From the NCBI GenBank assembly GCA_963826785.1, contig CAWGYD010000008.1:128001-192000 (forward strand): a DNA stretch of 64,000 nucleotides, given 5' to 3'. Below, piece after piece: positions 37,258-47,446 of this stretch. Under the pieces are notes generated by a model. That model was not told the origin of the DNA, did not search any database, and worked only from the letters and a program-made list of their open reading frames with translations. A program made the position numbers and the translations under genes. The first letter of the stretch is position 1; each line of letters opens with the position of its first letter. The stretch is from an uncultured delta proteobacterium (GTDB lineage Bacteria; Desulfobacterota; Desulfobacteria; Desulfobacterales; Desulfosalsimonadaceae).

Positions 37258-39231
37258 ATGATCGGCGTGGACACCGGCGGGACGTTTACCGATTTTATCT
37301 ACCGGGAAGGTGGTGGAAAATGGCGGGTGGAAAAGATTCTTTCCACTCCCCATAACCCGGCATCGGCGGTCATCGAGGGGATTTCAAGGATTGCGGGGGG
37401 AAAACAGCCCCTGCGCGTCATCCACGGGTCCACGGTGGCCACCAACGCCATCCTCGAGAAAAAGGGGGCGAAAACGGCCCTGCTGACCAACCGGGGATTC
37501 GAAGATATCCTGGTCATCGGCCGCCAGAACAGAACCCGGCTCTATGATCTTTTTTACCAAAAGAGCCCGCCGCTGGTTAAAGACCGATACAGAATCGGCA
37601 TTCCCGGCCGCATGGACTGCACCGGAACTGAAATCACCCCTCTTGATCCATCCGCCCTGGCCGAGGCGATCCGGTTTCTGGCCGGTGAAGGAGTCCAATC
37701 CGTGGCGGTCTGCTTTCTCTTTTCGTTTTTAAATCCTTTGCACGAGCAGGGCGTCAAGCAGGCCCTCTCCACCCTTGGCATTCCCATATCGCTGTCCTGT
37801 GAGATCCTGCCGGAATTCAGGGAATTCGAACGGACGTCCACCACCGTCATCAACGCCTATGTCGCGCCGAAAATGTCGGGCTACATCCGTGAAATGAAAA
37901 AGCGGATCGCCGGTGGAAGCCTTCGCATCATGCAGTCCAACGGCGGAAGCATTTCCGCTGAAACCGCAGCGAACCAGCCGGTCCGCACCATCCTCTCCGG
38001 CCCGGCCGGCGGGGTGGTGGGCGCCCGCGCAGTTGCGCGATTTGCCGGGTATGACCGCATCATCACCTTTGACATGGGCGGCACCTCCACAGATGTCGCA
38101 TTGATCGACAAAGCGCTGCCGATTACCACGGAATCGATGATTGGAGATTATCCGGTAAAAGTCCCCATGATCGACATCCACACGGTGGGGGCGGGTGGCG
38201 GCTCCATTGCCGGAATCGATGCGGGCGGTGCGCTCCGGGTGGGGCCGGAGAGTGCGGGCGCGGATCCGGGGCCGGCCTGCTATGGAAAAGGCGACCGGAT
38301 CACGGTGACCGATGCCCACTTGTTTCTCGGAAGGCTCTTGCCCGATCATTTCCTGGGAGGCCGCCTCCGGCTGGCCAAGGACCGCGTCGAACCGCTCCTG
38401 CACCGGATGGCGCAAAAAGCGCACATGCCGGCGATGCAACTCGCAGAGGGTATCGTGACGGTGGCCAACACGGCCATGGAACGCGCGCTTCGGGTCATTT
38501 CCGTGGAGAAAGGGTACGATCCGTCCGAGTTTGCCCTTTTCTCATTCGGGGGGGCAGGCGGCCTGCATGCCGCCGACCTGGCCCGCCAGCTTCATATTCC
38601 GGAAGTGATTGTTCCGAATAACCCGGGAATCCTTTCCGCCATGGGCATGCTGATGGCCGATATCATCCGGGATTATTCCAAAACGATTGCCGAACAGGAC
38701 CGCATGGCCGGCCCGGGCAGCCTGGCGGACCTGTTTGGCCCCATGGAAAAGCAGGCTGAAGCGGATATGGCCGAAGAAGGGTTTGCCCCAAAAGGGGTGC
38801 GGCTGGAGAAATACGTGGATATTCGCTACCGGGGGCAGTCGTACGAACTCATGGTGCCCTTCGACCCAACCGTCATGGACCGGTTTCATCGCCGCCACGA
38901 GCAGATCTACGGGTTTTCAAGCCCGGAAAAGCCGGTGGAGGTGATTAGTCTGAGGCTTCGGGCCATCGGAACACCCGAGAAAATCGAAATTACAAAAAGC
39001 CAGATGAAAAGGACAGGGTTTCCGGAAGCGGCGGTAATCGCGCAACAGGAGATCATCTTCGACGGAAAACCGGCCACCACCCCCGTCCTGGACAGACAGC
39101 GGATGATCAGCGGTCAGCACTTTAGCGGCCCGGCCGTTATCGTGGAATATTCCGCCACCCTATGGGTGCCCCCCTTCTGCGATGGCCGGGTGGATGAATA
39201 TGGAAACATCATACTGGCCGTCACCCGATGA
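37258..39231 (+). CDS. Hydantoinase/oxoprolinase subunit A
   Basis: GVDTGGTFTD, HGSTVATNA, EFERTSTT, SGPAGG, DMGGTSTD, GAGGGS, SAGADPGP. Confidence 0.93.
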   Translation: MIGVDTGGTFTDFIYREGGGKWRVEKILSTPHNPASAVIEGISRIAGGKQPLRVIHGSTVATNAILEKKGAKTALLTNRGFEDILVIGRQNRTRLYDLFYQKSPPLVKDRYRIGIPGRMDCTGTEITPLDPSALAEAIRFLAGEGVQSVAVCFLFSFLNPLHEQGVKQALSTLGIPISLSCEILPEFREFERTSTTVINAYVAPKMSGYIREMKKRIAGGSLRIMQSNGGSISAETAANQPVRTILSGPAGGVVGARAVARFAGYDRIITFDMGGTSTDVALIDKALPITTESMIGDYPVKVPMIDIHTVGAGGGSIAGIDAGGALRVGPESAGADPGPACYGKGDRITVTDAHLFLGRLLPDHFLGGRLRLAKDRVEPLLHRMAQKAHMPAMQLAEGIVTVANTAMERALRVISVEKGYDPSEFALFSFGGAGGLHAADLARQLHIPEVIVPNNPGILSAMGMLMADIIRDYSKTIAEQDRMAGPGSLADLFGPMEKQAEADMAEEGFAPKGVRLEKYVDIRYRGQSYELMVPFDPTVMDRFHRRHEQIYGFSSPEKPVEVISLRLRAIGTPEKIEITKSQMKRTGFPEAAVIAQQEIIFDGKPATTPVLDRQRMISGQHFSGPAVIVEYSATLWVPPFCDGRVDEYGNIILAVTR

Positions 39232-39332
39232 GGGACACCGGACGGATTTAGTCCGTTACATCCGAGATGATGCATAGCGGCAAAGGGTGGACGACCTCAC
39301 GGCCGAAGCGCCTGGGAATGCGAATGGCGGAA

Positions 39333-39623
39333 TCAGAACCCGCCCAGCGGCCTGAGAAACGTGTACCGGGCCGGTTCCACCATAAAACGGTGGTAGGCTT
39401 CGGGCACATTGTCCCCCAGTATCGAAAACGGCAGGGACACGACAAAGGATGCAGTCCCGATGGCCAGCGAGGCAATGCCCAGGGGCCTTACGATGGTAAA
39501 ATCATAGATCATGGCGCCGGCATTGTGCTCCGGACCATAAACCTGCGCAGATGCGGTGCTAAACGGGACCAGAACAAATGATACGGCGATGAAAAATAAC
39601 ATCCATTTCCTGAACCTGATCAT
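39333..39623 (-). CDS. Small exported/membrane hypothetical protein
   Basis: Signal peptide ending ASA-Q; AGAMIYDFTIVRPLG...VVSLPF...PARYTFLRPLG; AGGAGG-like SD upstream. Confidence 0.75.
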   Translation of the reverse strand: MIRFRKWMLFFIAVSFVLVPFSTASAQVYGPEHNAGAMIYDFTIVRPLGIASLAIGTASFVVSLPFSILGDNVPEAYHRFMVEPARYTFLRPLGGF

Positions 39624-39751
39624 ACCTGCCTCCTTCTCCCGAATGTTCTTGTGGTTAACCGACATTGCTGAATTCTGTCTTAAAATATGTTTAAAATGCC
39701 CGTATGTCAACGATCAATCGCATATTTGCCATCATCTCCTGATAAACATGT

Positions 39752-40159
39752 ATGCGGAGAAAATTTGAAGAAAAGAGGACGACCTTGATCAACTGCCGCC
39801 GCCTCGTACGGATCTCCGCGCGTATCGGATTTCCGGTTCTGCTTTGCCTCTCTTTCTACCTGAGTGTTTCCATGCCCGATGAGCAGTCGCTTATCGCTTC
39901 CCTGTGGGATAAATTCAGCCACGCGGCCGGTTATTTCACGCTGGTCCTGATGCTGGACTTCGCCTATCGGCCAGCATTGCACATAGGGGCCAAATCATCT
40001 GCCATCCTGGCCTACAGCATCGGGATCGAGTGCATTCAATTTTTTATCCCCTACCGCGAGTTCAGCCTGCTGGACATCCTGGCCAACGCCACCGGCATCG
40101 GAATCTTTTTAATTCTGCGAATCCTGGCGAAGTACACAATACCGTCTTTTCCTGAATAG
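39752..40159 (+). CDS. VanZ-like membrane protein
   Basis: DKFSHAAGY, IECIQFFIPYREFSLLDILANATG. Confidence 0.8.
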   Translation: MRRKFEEKRTTLINCRRLVRISARIGFPVLLCLSFYLSVSMPDEQSLIASLWDKFSHAAGYFTLVLMLDFAYRPALHIGAKSSAILAYSIGIECIQFFIPYREFSLLDILANATGIGIFLILRILAKYTIPSFPE

Positions 40160-40167
40160 AAGCGGCA

Positions 40168-41814
40168 TCACAGCCCCTCATCAAACCCGGGGGGAAGCCC
40201 GTCCTCAGGATTTTTCACATCACCGGGAGTTTCGAATTCCCCTCCTGTCCCCGGCGTTTCTTTGGGGCGCAACCGAAGCTGGTATCCCCGAAGGGCACCC
40301 TCGGCTTCGTAGGATTCCCCTTTGTCCAGCCGCAGGGCGTTCATGGGGGTGACCACGATGGCCGCCTCGTGTATGACCGGGCAGAAATGCTCACAGTACC
40401 CGCAGCCCGCACACCGGTCTTCATTCACATGGGGGACGGGATAGGGAAGCTCAGGGCGTTTTTCGAACTCCACCGCATCATAGGGGCAGACCTCGTCGCA
40501 TACCATGCAGCCCTTTTTGTGCTCCCAGGCCAGGCATTTCTGCCGGGCAATCACCGCGGTGCCGGTCCGGGCCCAGACGCGTTCCAGGGCGCCAAGCGGG
40601 TTGATGGCGCCGGTGGGGCAGACCGAGCCGCATACCGTGCACCGGGGATCGCAGTACTTGCGCCGGGGAGTGACGGCCGGGCTGAACATGCCCAGAAATC
40701 CGGCCGTAAACCATACCGGCTGCAAGGTGTTGGTGGGGCACGCGGACATGCATTCCCCGCAGCGCACGCACCGGTCCAGAAAACCGGGTTCGGGAAGCGC
40801 CCCGGGGGGTCGGATCAGGCGGGCGGCGCGGACGTTTCCTTCGGCGTTTTCGTCGGCCACCGCCGTCAAACCGGTCATGCCAACCGCTGCGGTCCCGGCA
40901 CCGGCAAGTGCCGCCAGGAGGACGCGCCGGCGCTCCGCAGATACCGGTGCCCGCCTGCATGCGTCCTGTCCCCGGGCAAAAGAAATCGCCTGCTTGGGGC
41001 ACTTCTTTTCGCATTGGCGGCAGACGATGCATTCGCCGTGCCGGGTGGTCTCCGGCCCTTCCGGATCAATGGCTCCCATGGGGCAGATGCGGCTGCACAG
41101 CCCGCACTGGTTGCATTTTTCATCGACCTGCCGCCGGAATACCGGCTTTTTAGACAACAGGGAGAGCATGGCGCCGGAAGGGCATACATAGCGGCACCAG
41201 AAGCGGGGGGAAAGCCGAACGGCCGCAAATACCATCACAAATACGCCCAGGATGAAAAACTGGGTGGCAAACCGGTGCGGTTCGATTTCCAAAAACATCA
41301 GCGGCCGGAAATCGAGCCAGTCGGCTGCCGGCCGGACCAGGCCGACGGCCCTGTCGGAAAAAAGCCGAACCACCGGATAGACCACCATCCCGTAAAAACG
41401 GGTGATCAGTGACAGGGGGGCAAGCCAGAAGACCATGCCCACGCCCATCAGCGCAGCACCCGCAAAACCGGCCAGCAAATAGATTTTCAGGGTGGGAGAA
41501 ACCCCATGAGCGGCGCGCGACCCGGATTTGCGCGCAAGCTTCGCGTCGGACAGGTCGATGGTGGTGCCCATGGGGCAGATATACCCGCAGAAGATCCGCC
41601 CAAACAAAGGGGTGACAGCCAAAACGAACAGGGCGGCGATAAAAATCCACTCAAATGTCCGGGCGGCCAGAAAGGTCAGACCGACTAAAGCCGGGTCCAT
41701 GGCCAGGAACAGTTCCGGCAATTTCATGCGGGCGGCGGCGGCCAGAAGAACGAGGAAGATAAACAGGCAAATCAACTGCGCCCAGCGGCGAAAAGAAATC
41801 CGAAAAAAAATCAT
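40168..41814 (-). CDS. Membrane 4Fe-4S protein (NapH/MauN domain fused to a NapG/MauM-like ferredoxin)
   Basis: GRIFCGYICPMG, RFWCRYVCPSG, multiple CxxCxxCxxxCP, IRPPGA..E..F...CVRCGECM. Confidence 0.88.
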   Translation of the reverse strand: MIFFRISFRRWAQLICLFIFLVLLAAAARMKLPELFLAMDPALVGLTFLAARTFEWIFIAALFVLAVTPLFGRIFCGYICPMGTTIDLSDAKLARKSGSRAAHGVSPTLKIYLLAGFAGAALMGVGMVFWLAPLSLITRFYGMVVYPVVRLFSDRAVGLVRPAADWLDFRPLMFLEIEPHRFATQFFILGVFVMVFAAVRLSPRFWCRYVCPSGAMLSLLSKKPVFRRQVDEKCNQCGLCSRICPMGAIDPEGPETTRHGECIVCRQCEKKCPKQAISFARGQDACRRAPVSAERRRVLLAALAGAGTAAVGMTGLTAVADENAEGNVRAARLIRPPGALPEPGFLDRCVRCGECMSACPTNTLQPVWFTAGFLGMFSPAVTPRRKYCDPRCTVCGSVCPTGAINPLGALERVWARTGTAVIARQKCLAWEHKKGCMVCDEVCPYDAVEFEKRPELPYPVPHVNEDRCAGCGYCEHFCPVIHEAAIVVTPMNALRLDKGESYEAEGALRGYQLRLRPKETPGTGGEFETPGDVKNPEDGLPPGFDEGL

Positions 41815-42731
41815 AGGGTGACGCGTTTGACCTTTAGATTTTCGATGTCCATCCGCCCCAGGCCCCGCTGATGGGCGTACCGGATATGCTTGATCTGGTC
41901 GGGCCGGTATTTCTTGCCATACCATTCAAATGCGGATACCGCATAGGCGTCTGCCGCCACCATGTCCGTGGAAGCGATCACCGTGTCCGGTTTGAGCACT
42001 GTGCCCGGCCCGCCCGGTCCGCCCGTCGACAAAACCCGGGTGGCGTCGATCACCACCAGGTCGGGTTTGAGAAGCGAGGCCAGGTCCACGATGGATTCAC
42101 TGAGGTCCAGACGGTGCAGGGTCCGCCGATCGGAGATCAGGCCCATCATCCCTTTCATGGAAAGGCTCACCCCGGCAGAGGAATGGGATTTGGCCACCGG
42201 AGCGGCAATCAGAACATCTGCGGACAGCACGTCCTTCATCACGTCCGTCTTTTTGAGCTTACGGGCACCCGGGATTTCTTTTTCGGCAAACATGGCCGGG
42301 GTGGTGATCATGTGCACCATGCCGTCGTCCACGGAACGGCAGGCGGTTTCGATGCCCGACATTTCCAGGCATCGCTCGGCCGGCGCCAGGGGGTTGTCCA
42401 GCACCAGCACCCGGGATGCTCCCGCTTCCCGGCACATGGCCGCCAGGGTCTGGACCACCAGGGGATGGGTGTTGGACGCGCGCTCCGGCCCCACCGGAAA
42501 GCTCATGTTGGGTTTAATCACCACGCGGCTGCCTTTTTTGACGAATTTTTCCATTCCGCCCATCAGCGATACGGCCGCGCGAACCGCCCCCGCGGGATCG
42601 CCCTTGACCACGGCCAGATCGGGGGTCCCTTCAGCCAGCGTCAAAGAAGGCAGAAAAAGGGAGGCCCCGGCCACCCAGGCCATGGACTTTACCTGGAGCT
42701 TCAAAAATTCTCTTCTATCCAATGCTTTCAT
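41811..42731 (-). CDS. DUF362 protein with Tat signal
   Basis: DRREFLK twin-arginine motif; VVIKPN, THP, KSH, SMKGMMG, DMVAAD; ATGA-coupled to the Fe-S gene. Confidence 0.88.
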   Translation of the reverse strand: MKALDRREFLKLQVKSMAWVAGASLFLPSLTLAEGTPDLAVVKGDPAGAVRAAVSLMGGMEKFVKKGSRVVIKPNMSFPVGPERASNTHPLVVQTLAAMCREAGASRVLVLDNPLAPAERCLEMSGIETACRSVDDGMVHMITTPAMFAEKEIPGARKLKKTDVMKDVLSADVLIAAPVAKSHSSAGVSLSMKGMMGLISDRRTLHRLDLSESIVDLASLLKPDLVVIDATRVLSTGGPGGPGTVLKPDTVIASTDMVAADAYAVSAFEWYGKKYRPDQIKHIRYAHQRGLGRMDIENLKVKRVTL

Positions 42732-42937
42732 GCGCTCATCCTTCCATCCTCTCATGGTGAAAAGGGGACAATCAGTTTACATCATTTAACATGTAATTGG
42801 CATTTGAAAAAGTCCGGATTGATCTTCGCAAGTTAACCACGGCGATTTCGAATTTCAATGCCGGCACTTCAGCCTTGACGCGCTGCAATCCGCATAGGCA
42901 TAATAGATTTGTCAAGCAGGCTTCACGGCGTTTTCAG

Positions 42938-44512
42938 ATGGGAAAACTGATGAAATTTGACCCCATACTTCTTGAAATCTATAAACATCTCTATTCCTCC
43001 GTTGCCGAGGAAATGGGAGTGGTGCTCCGACGAACCAGCTACTCCACCAATATCAAGGAGCGGCGGGATTTTTCCTGCGCCCTTTTCGGCCCGGACGGGG
43101 CCATGGTGGCCCAGGCGGCCCATATTCCGGTGCACCTGGGGTCCATGCCCCTGTCCGTCCGTTCGGCCATCGACGCGCAGTCGTTGAACGACGGCGACAT
43201 GGTCATGCTCAACGACCCCTTTTCCGGGGGCACCCATCTGCCGGATATCACCCTGGTGGCCCCGGTTTTCTCAAACGGCGAAGGCCCCCTGTTCTACACG
43301 GCATGCAGGGCTCACCACGCGGATATCGGCGGGATGAGTTCGGGCTCCATGCCGCTTTCCACCTCCATCTTCCAGGAGGGGCTGATCATACCGCCGGTCA
43401 AGATCGTGGAGAATCACCGCATTTTACCCCAGGTGCTCAGCCTGATCCTCGCCAATGTGCGGACGCCCATGGAACGGGAAGGCGATCTCACCGCACAATT
43501 GATGGCCAATCGCACCGGCATCCGCCGCCTCAATGAAATCATCACCGGCCGCGGCCTTAAACAGGTGCATGCCTATGCCGACCACCTGATCCGGTATTCG
43601 GAAACCCTCATGCGCCGGCGGATCGGGGCCATCCCCGACGGCGTCTATGAATTCGAGGATATGCTGGAGGACGACGGATGCGGTACGGCCGGCATCTTTA
43701 TCCGCGTGCGCCTGACCATACGAGAAGATACCGCCCAGGTGGATTTTTCCGAATCCGATGACCAGGTCAGGGGAAACATCAATGCCGTGCGGGCCGTTAC
43801 CCTGTCTGCGGTGCTTTACGTCTTCCGGTCTTTGATTTCGGATTCGATTCCCACCAACTCGGGGTGCCTGGCCCCCATCGGGCTGAAAACCCGGCCGGGG
43901 TCCATCGTGGACGCGCAGTTTCCGGCCGCCGTGGCCGCGGGGAACGTGGAAACCGCCCAGCGGATCGTGGATGTGCTGCTGGGCGCCCTGTCTTCAGCCA
44001 TCCCCGGGGAGATTCCGGCCGCGAGCCAGGGCACCATGAACAACATCACCATCGGCGGCATCCACCCGCAAACCCATACCCCTTATACCTATTATGAAAC
44101 CATCGGCGGCGGCATGGGCGCTTCCCGCAGGGGGGACGGGGAATCGGCCGTTCACTCCCATATGACCAACACACTAAATACGCCGGTGGAAGCCCTGGAA
44201 TTTGCCTATCCCTTTCAGATCACCCGGTATGCCGTCCGTAAAGATTCCGGGGGTGCCGGACACCACGCGGGCGGCGACGGGATCATCCGGGATATCCGAC
44301 TTACAGGGGAAGCGGACGTCACGGTCCTGTCGGAGCGGCGAAGCGCGTCCCCTTACGGGCTGTGCGGTGGGGAATCGGGCCTTCCGGGAGAAAACCGCAT
44401 TCTGCGCAACGGCAAAATGATCATAAAACCCGGCAAATTCAGCCAGGCCTGCCGAAGCGGGGACGAAATCCGGATCAATACCCCCGGCGGCGGCGGATAC
44501 GGCAGAAAATGA
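42938..44512 (+). CDS. Hydantoinase B/oxoprolinase subunit B
   Basis: NIKERRDFSCA, HIPVHLGSM, NDPFSGGTHLPD, HHADIGG, TPGGGGYG. Confidence 0.93.
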   Translation: MGKLMKFDPILLEIYKHLYSSVAEEMGVVLRRTSYSTNIKERRDFSCALFGPDGAMVAQAAHIPVHLGSMPLSVRSAIDAQSLNDGDMVMLNDPFSGGTHLPDITLVAPVFSNGEGPLFYTACRAHHADIGGMSSGSMPLSTSIFQEGLIIPPVKIVENHRILPQVLSLILANVRTPMEREGDLTAQLMANRTGIRRLNEIITGRGLKQVHAYADHLIRYSETLMRRRIGAIPDGVYEFEDMLEDDGCGTAGIFIRVRLTIREDTAQVDFSESDDQVRGNINAVRAVTLSAVLYVFRSLISDSIPTNSGCLAPIGLKTRPGSIVDAQFPAAVAAGNVETAQRIVDVLLGALSSAIPGEIPAASQGTMNNITIGGIHPQTHTPYTYYETIGGGMGASRRGDGESAVHSHMTNTLNTPVEALEFAYPFQITRYAVRKDSGGAGHHAGGDGIIRDIRLTGEADVTVLSERRSASPYGLCGGESGLPGENRILRNGKMIIKPGKFSQACRSGDEIRINTPGGGGYGRK

Positions 44513-45606
44513 GCACGCCCATTGCCATCGTGGGCGGCAATATCGCCGGCCTGTCATCGGCCTACCACCTGGCCCGACGCGGATGTCCGGTCAGGATATT
44601 TGAACCGCGGGTCTGGGACAAACCCTGCGGAGGGGCGGTTTCCATCGAATTTGCCCGGTATCTCATGCAAGAGCTCGGTTTGTGCCTGAATGCCGCCGCT
44701 TTTCCGCCGCTGCCGGTCAGGCTTTCCTTTAACAGCGGCCGGCATGTGGACAGCCGGGGGTTTTTCGTTATCATCGACCGCCATGATCTTCAGAAACAGC
44801 TCATGGAAAAGTTGTCCCAGCAGCCCGGAATCGAGATTATTGCGCAAAGGGCGCCGCTTTCCGCACCCGGCCTGTTTTCCGCCCAGAACATCCTGGCCGC
44901 CGGGTACGGCGGATTTACCCGCAGGGTTCTGGGGGACCAGTGGCATCACCGTGAGTATTCCCATGTGGTCAAATACGGCGGTCCCATCCATGAACCCCTG
45001 CCCCGCCGGCATTTGATCGTCTTTGACAGCCGCATCAAGGGGTACGGATGGGTCTTCATCGAACCGGGAAACCGTTTCAATGCCGGCATGGGCGGGATGG
45101 TGGACCGCAAGGTCCTGGATGAAAAATTTAAGCGGTTTCTTTGCTTCATCAACGTCCGTTTCGGTTATAAAATCGAGCTTTCCGATCAGCCGCCCATGCG
45201 TTGGAAGGTTCCCATGTCCGTCAGGGTCTGGGACCGCCCCGTCGCGTTTACCCATAATGATAAAACGTTTATCGGGACGGGCGATGCGCTGGGGCTGGCC
45301 CACCCGGTCATCGCCGCCGGCATCGAACCGGCCTGGCTGTCGGGATGGCTCGCGGGGGAAAGCCTCGACCCAAAAACTACGCGGATCGACATTTCCCGAT
45401 ATTGCATGCTGCTGGAGCAGAGCCTGCGGAGGACCTGCCGGAAAAAAAGCGACCTGCTCATGGCGGCCATCGTCCGGACCCCCTGGTTTCCCCTGCAGGA
45501 GGAAATGGCCTATCTGCTGCTGAAACTTTCCTGGAAGCGCGTCCTTAAAAACCTTTCGGTCCGCCCCTGGTTTAAGCCGGCTGACATCGATTTAAATTCA
45601 TGTTAG
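44509..45606 (+). CDS. FAD-dependent oxidoreductase, geranylgeranyl-reductase-like
   Basis: IAIVGGNIAGLS, KPCGGAV, GYGWVF, GDALG...GI..A; ATGA overlap with the upstream gene. Confidence 0.78.
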   Translation: MSTPIAIVGGNIAGLSSAYHLARRGCPVRIFEPRVWDKPCGGAVSIEFARYLMQELGLCLNAAAFPPLPVRLSFNSGRHVDSRGFFVIIDRHDLQKQLMEKLSQQPGIEIIAQRAPLSAPGLFSAQNILAAGYGGFTRRVLGDQWHHREYSHVVKYGGPIHEPLPRRHLIVFDSRIKGYGWVFIEPGNRFNAGMGGMVDRKVLDEKFKRFLCFINVRFGYKIELSDQPPMRWKVPMSVRVWDRPVAFTHNDKTFIGTGDALGLAHPVIAAGIEPAWLSGWLAGESLDPKTTRIDISRYCMLLEQSLRRTCRKKSDLLMAAIVRTPWFPLQEEMAYLLLKLSWKRVLKNLSVRPWFKPADIDLNSC

Positions 45607-45630
45607 ATCAGACAAAGGATAAACTTTTAG

Positions 45631-47382
45631 ATGAAAACCCCGATTGCCCGACAACTGATGCAGGTGGCCCTGGGACGGGAGGTAGCCGACCTGGTCATCA
45701 CCGGCGGCCGGCTCTTAAACGTGTTTACCGGCGAACTGCTGGACGATATGGCGGTGGCCGTCAAGGGCGAGCGGATTGCCTGGGTGGGCAAAAACTACCC
45801 GGAGGCACTCTGCGGCGCTGCCCGGATCATTGATGCGAAAGGCCGGGTGCTGGTTCCCGGTTTTATCGACGGCCACACCCACATCGCCTGGATGGCCGCT
45901 CCCGAGGCCTTCCTGAAGGTCGCCATGACCGGCGGCACCACCACCATCATCACCGAAGTGTTCGAACCCTACCCGGTCTGCGGTCTTGCGGGCATCATCG
46001 ACCTGCTCGATGCCCTGGCGGACCAGCCGGTGAAATGCTATGCCACCGCACCGGCCATGGTCTCCATCAGTCCGCGCACCAAGGGAATGGCCGCAGCCGA
46101 CCTGGATGTCCTGCTGGCCCGGGACGATATCGTGGGCATGGGGGAAGCTTACTGGCAGGGCGTGCTGCAGGATGTGGACATCTACCTGCCGGCTTTTGAG
46201 CGCACCCGGGCCGCCGGCAAAACCCTGGAAGGGCATACGGCCGGGGCAAACGAAAAAAACCTCAACGCCTATGCGGCCCTGGGCGTTTCCTCCTGCCATG
46301 AACCCATCCAGGCCGGCGAGGTCATCGACCGCCTGCGCCTGGGCTTTCACGTGATGATCCGGGAAGGAAGCGTTCGCCGGGAACTGGAAGCGGTTTCTAA
46401 AATTTGCGGCACCGGGATCGATTTCAGGCGCATGATCCTGGTGTCCGACGGCCTGTCTCCCGACGCACTGCTCTCCTGCGGATATATGGAATACATCGTT
46501 CAAAAGGCCATCGACCTGGGGTTTCCCCCCGCCGAAGCCATCCGCATGGCCACGCTCAACGTGGCAGAGCATTTCCGCCTGGACGACCGCATCGGCGCCA
46601 TCGCCCCGGGCCGGTATGCGGATATCCTTATCATACCTGACCTTACAACCATTTCCCCCGAGATGGTGATCAGCAGCGGCCGGGTCATCGCCCAACAGGG
46701 CAAACGCCTGATCGATCCCCGGCCCCACGCGTTCAGCGATCAAAGCCGGTCCAGCATCCGTTTGCCCGGATACAGCAAAGCAGCCGATTTTTCCATCAAA
46801 ATCGATAGCGGGAAGGCACGGCAGAGGGTCCGGGTGATGGAGTTGGCCACACCCCTGGTGACCCGGGAACGCCAGGTGGAACTGCCGGTGGATTGCGGCG
46901 AAATCAAAGCGGATCGCTCCCTCGATCTCCTGAAGATTGCCGCCATCGACCGGGCCATTGGCCCCGGAGACCAGTTTGTGGGACTGATCACCGGTTTTGG
47001 CCTTGCATCAGGGGCCGTGGCCTACAGCGCCACCTGGGATTCCGCCGACATCATCGTCATCGGTGCAGATGATGCAGACATGGCCCTTGCCGTAAACCGC
47101 CTGGCGGATCTCCAGGGAGGAGCGGTGGTGGCTGAGCGCGGCGAAATCATCGCCGAACTTCCCCTGCCCGTTTTCGGGGTCGTTTCCAATGCGCCGGTGG
47201 AGGCGATCCTTCGCCAGGCAAATGCCGTCGGCCGGGCCCTTTCAGAAAGGGGAGTACCGCTTCCCGATCCCCTGCTGACCATGGGAACGCTCACCAGCGC
47301 GGCCATCCCGTTTTTCCGGATCTGCGAGGAGGGGCTGGTGAATTTAAAAGACGGCAGGGTGGTGGGTCTGTTCGTGGATTAA
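45631..47382 (+). CDS. ade: Adenine deaminase family amidohydrolase
   Basis: PGFIDGHTH, GGTTT, EGH, SCHE, IREGS, SDG, IAPGRYAD, C-terminal adenine deaminase domain. Confidence 0.82.
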   Translation: MKTPIARQLMQVALGREVADLVITGGRLLNVFTGELLDDMAVAVKGERIAWVGKNYPEALCGAARIIDAKGRVLVPGFIDGHTHIAWMAAPEAFLKVAMTGGTTTIITEVFEPYPVCGLAGIIDLLDALADQPVKCYATAPAMVSISPRTKGMAAADLDVLLARDDIVGMGEAYWQGVLQDVDIYLPAFERTRAAGKTLEGHTAGANEKNLNAYAALGVSSCHEPIQAGEVIDRLRLGFHVMIREGSVRRELEAVSKICGTGIDFRRMILVSDGLSPDALLSCGYMEYIVQKAIDLGFPPAEAIRMATLNVAEHFRLDDRIGAIAPGRYADILIIPDLTTISPEMVISSGRVIAQQGKRLIDPRPHAFSDQSRSSIRLPGYSKAADFSIKIDSGKARQRVRVMELATPLVTRERQVELPVDCGEIKADRSLDLLKIAAIDRAIGPGDQFVGLITGFGLASGAVAYSATWDSADIIVIGADDADMALAVNRLADLQGGAVVAERGEIIAELPLPVFGVVSNAPVEAILRQANAVGRALSERGVPLPDPLLTMGTLTSAAIPFFRICEEGLVNLKDGRVVGLFVD

Positions 47383-47446
47383 ACCCATCGCATGGACCGT
47401 CTGCATTCCTCACCTGCACGTGCACGGATTTTTTTCGAATTGCCGG

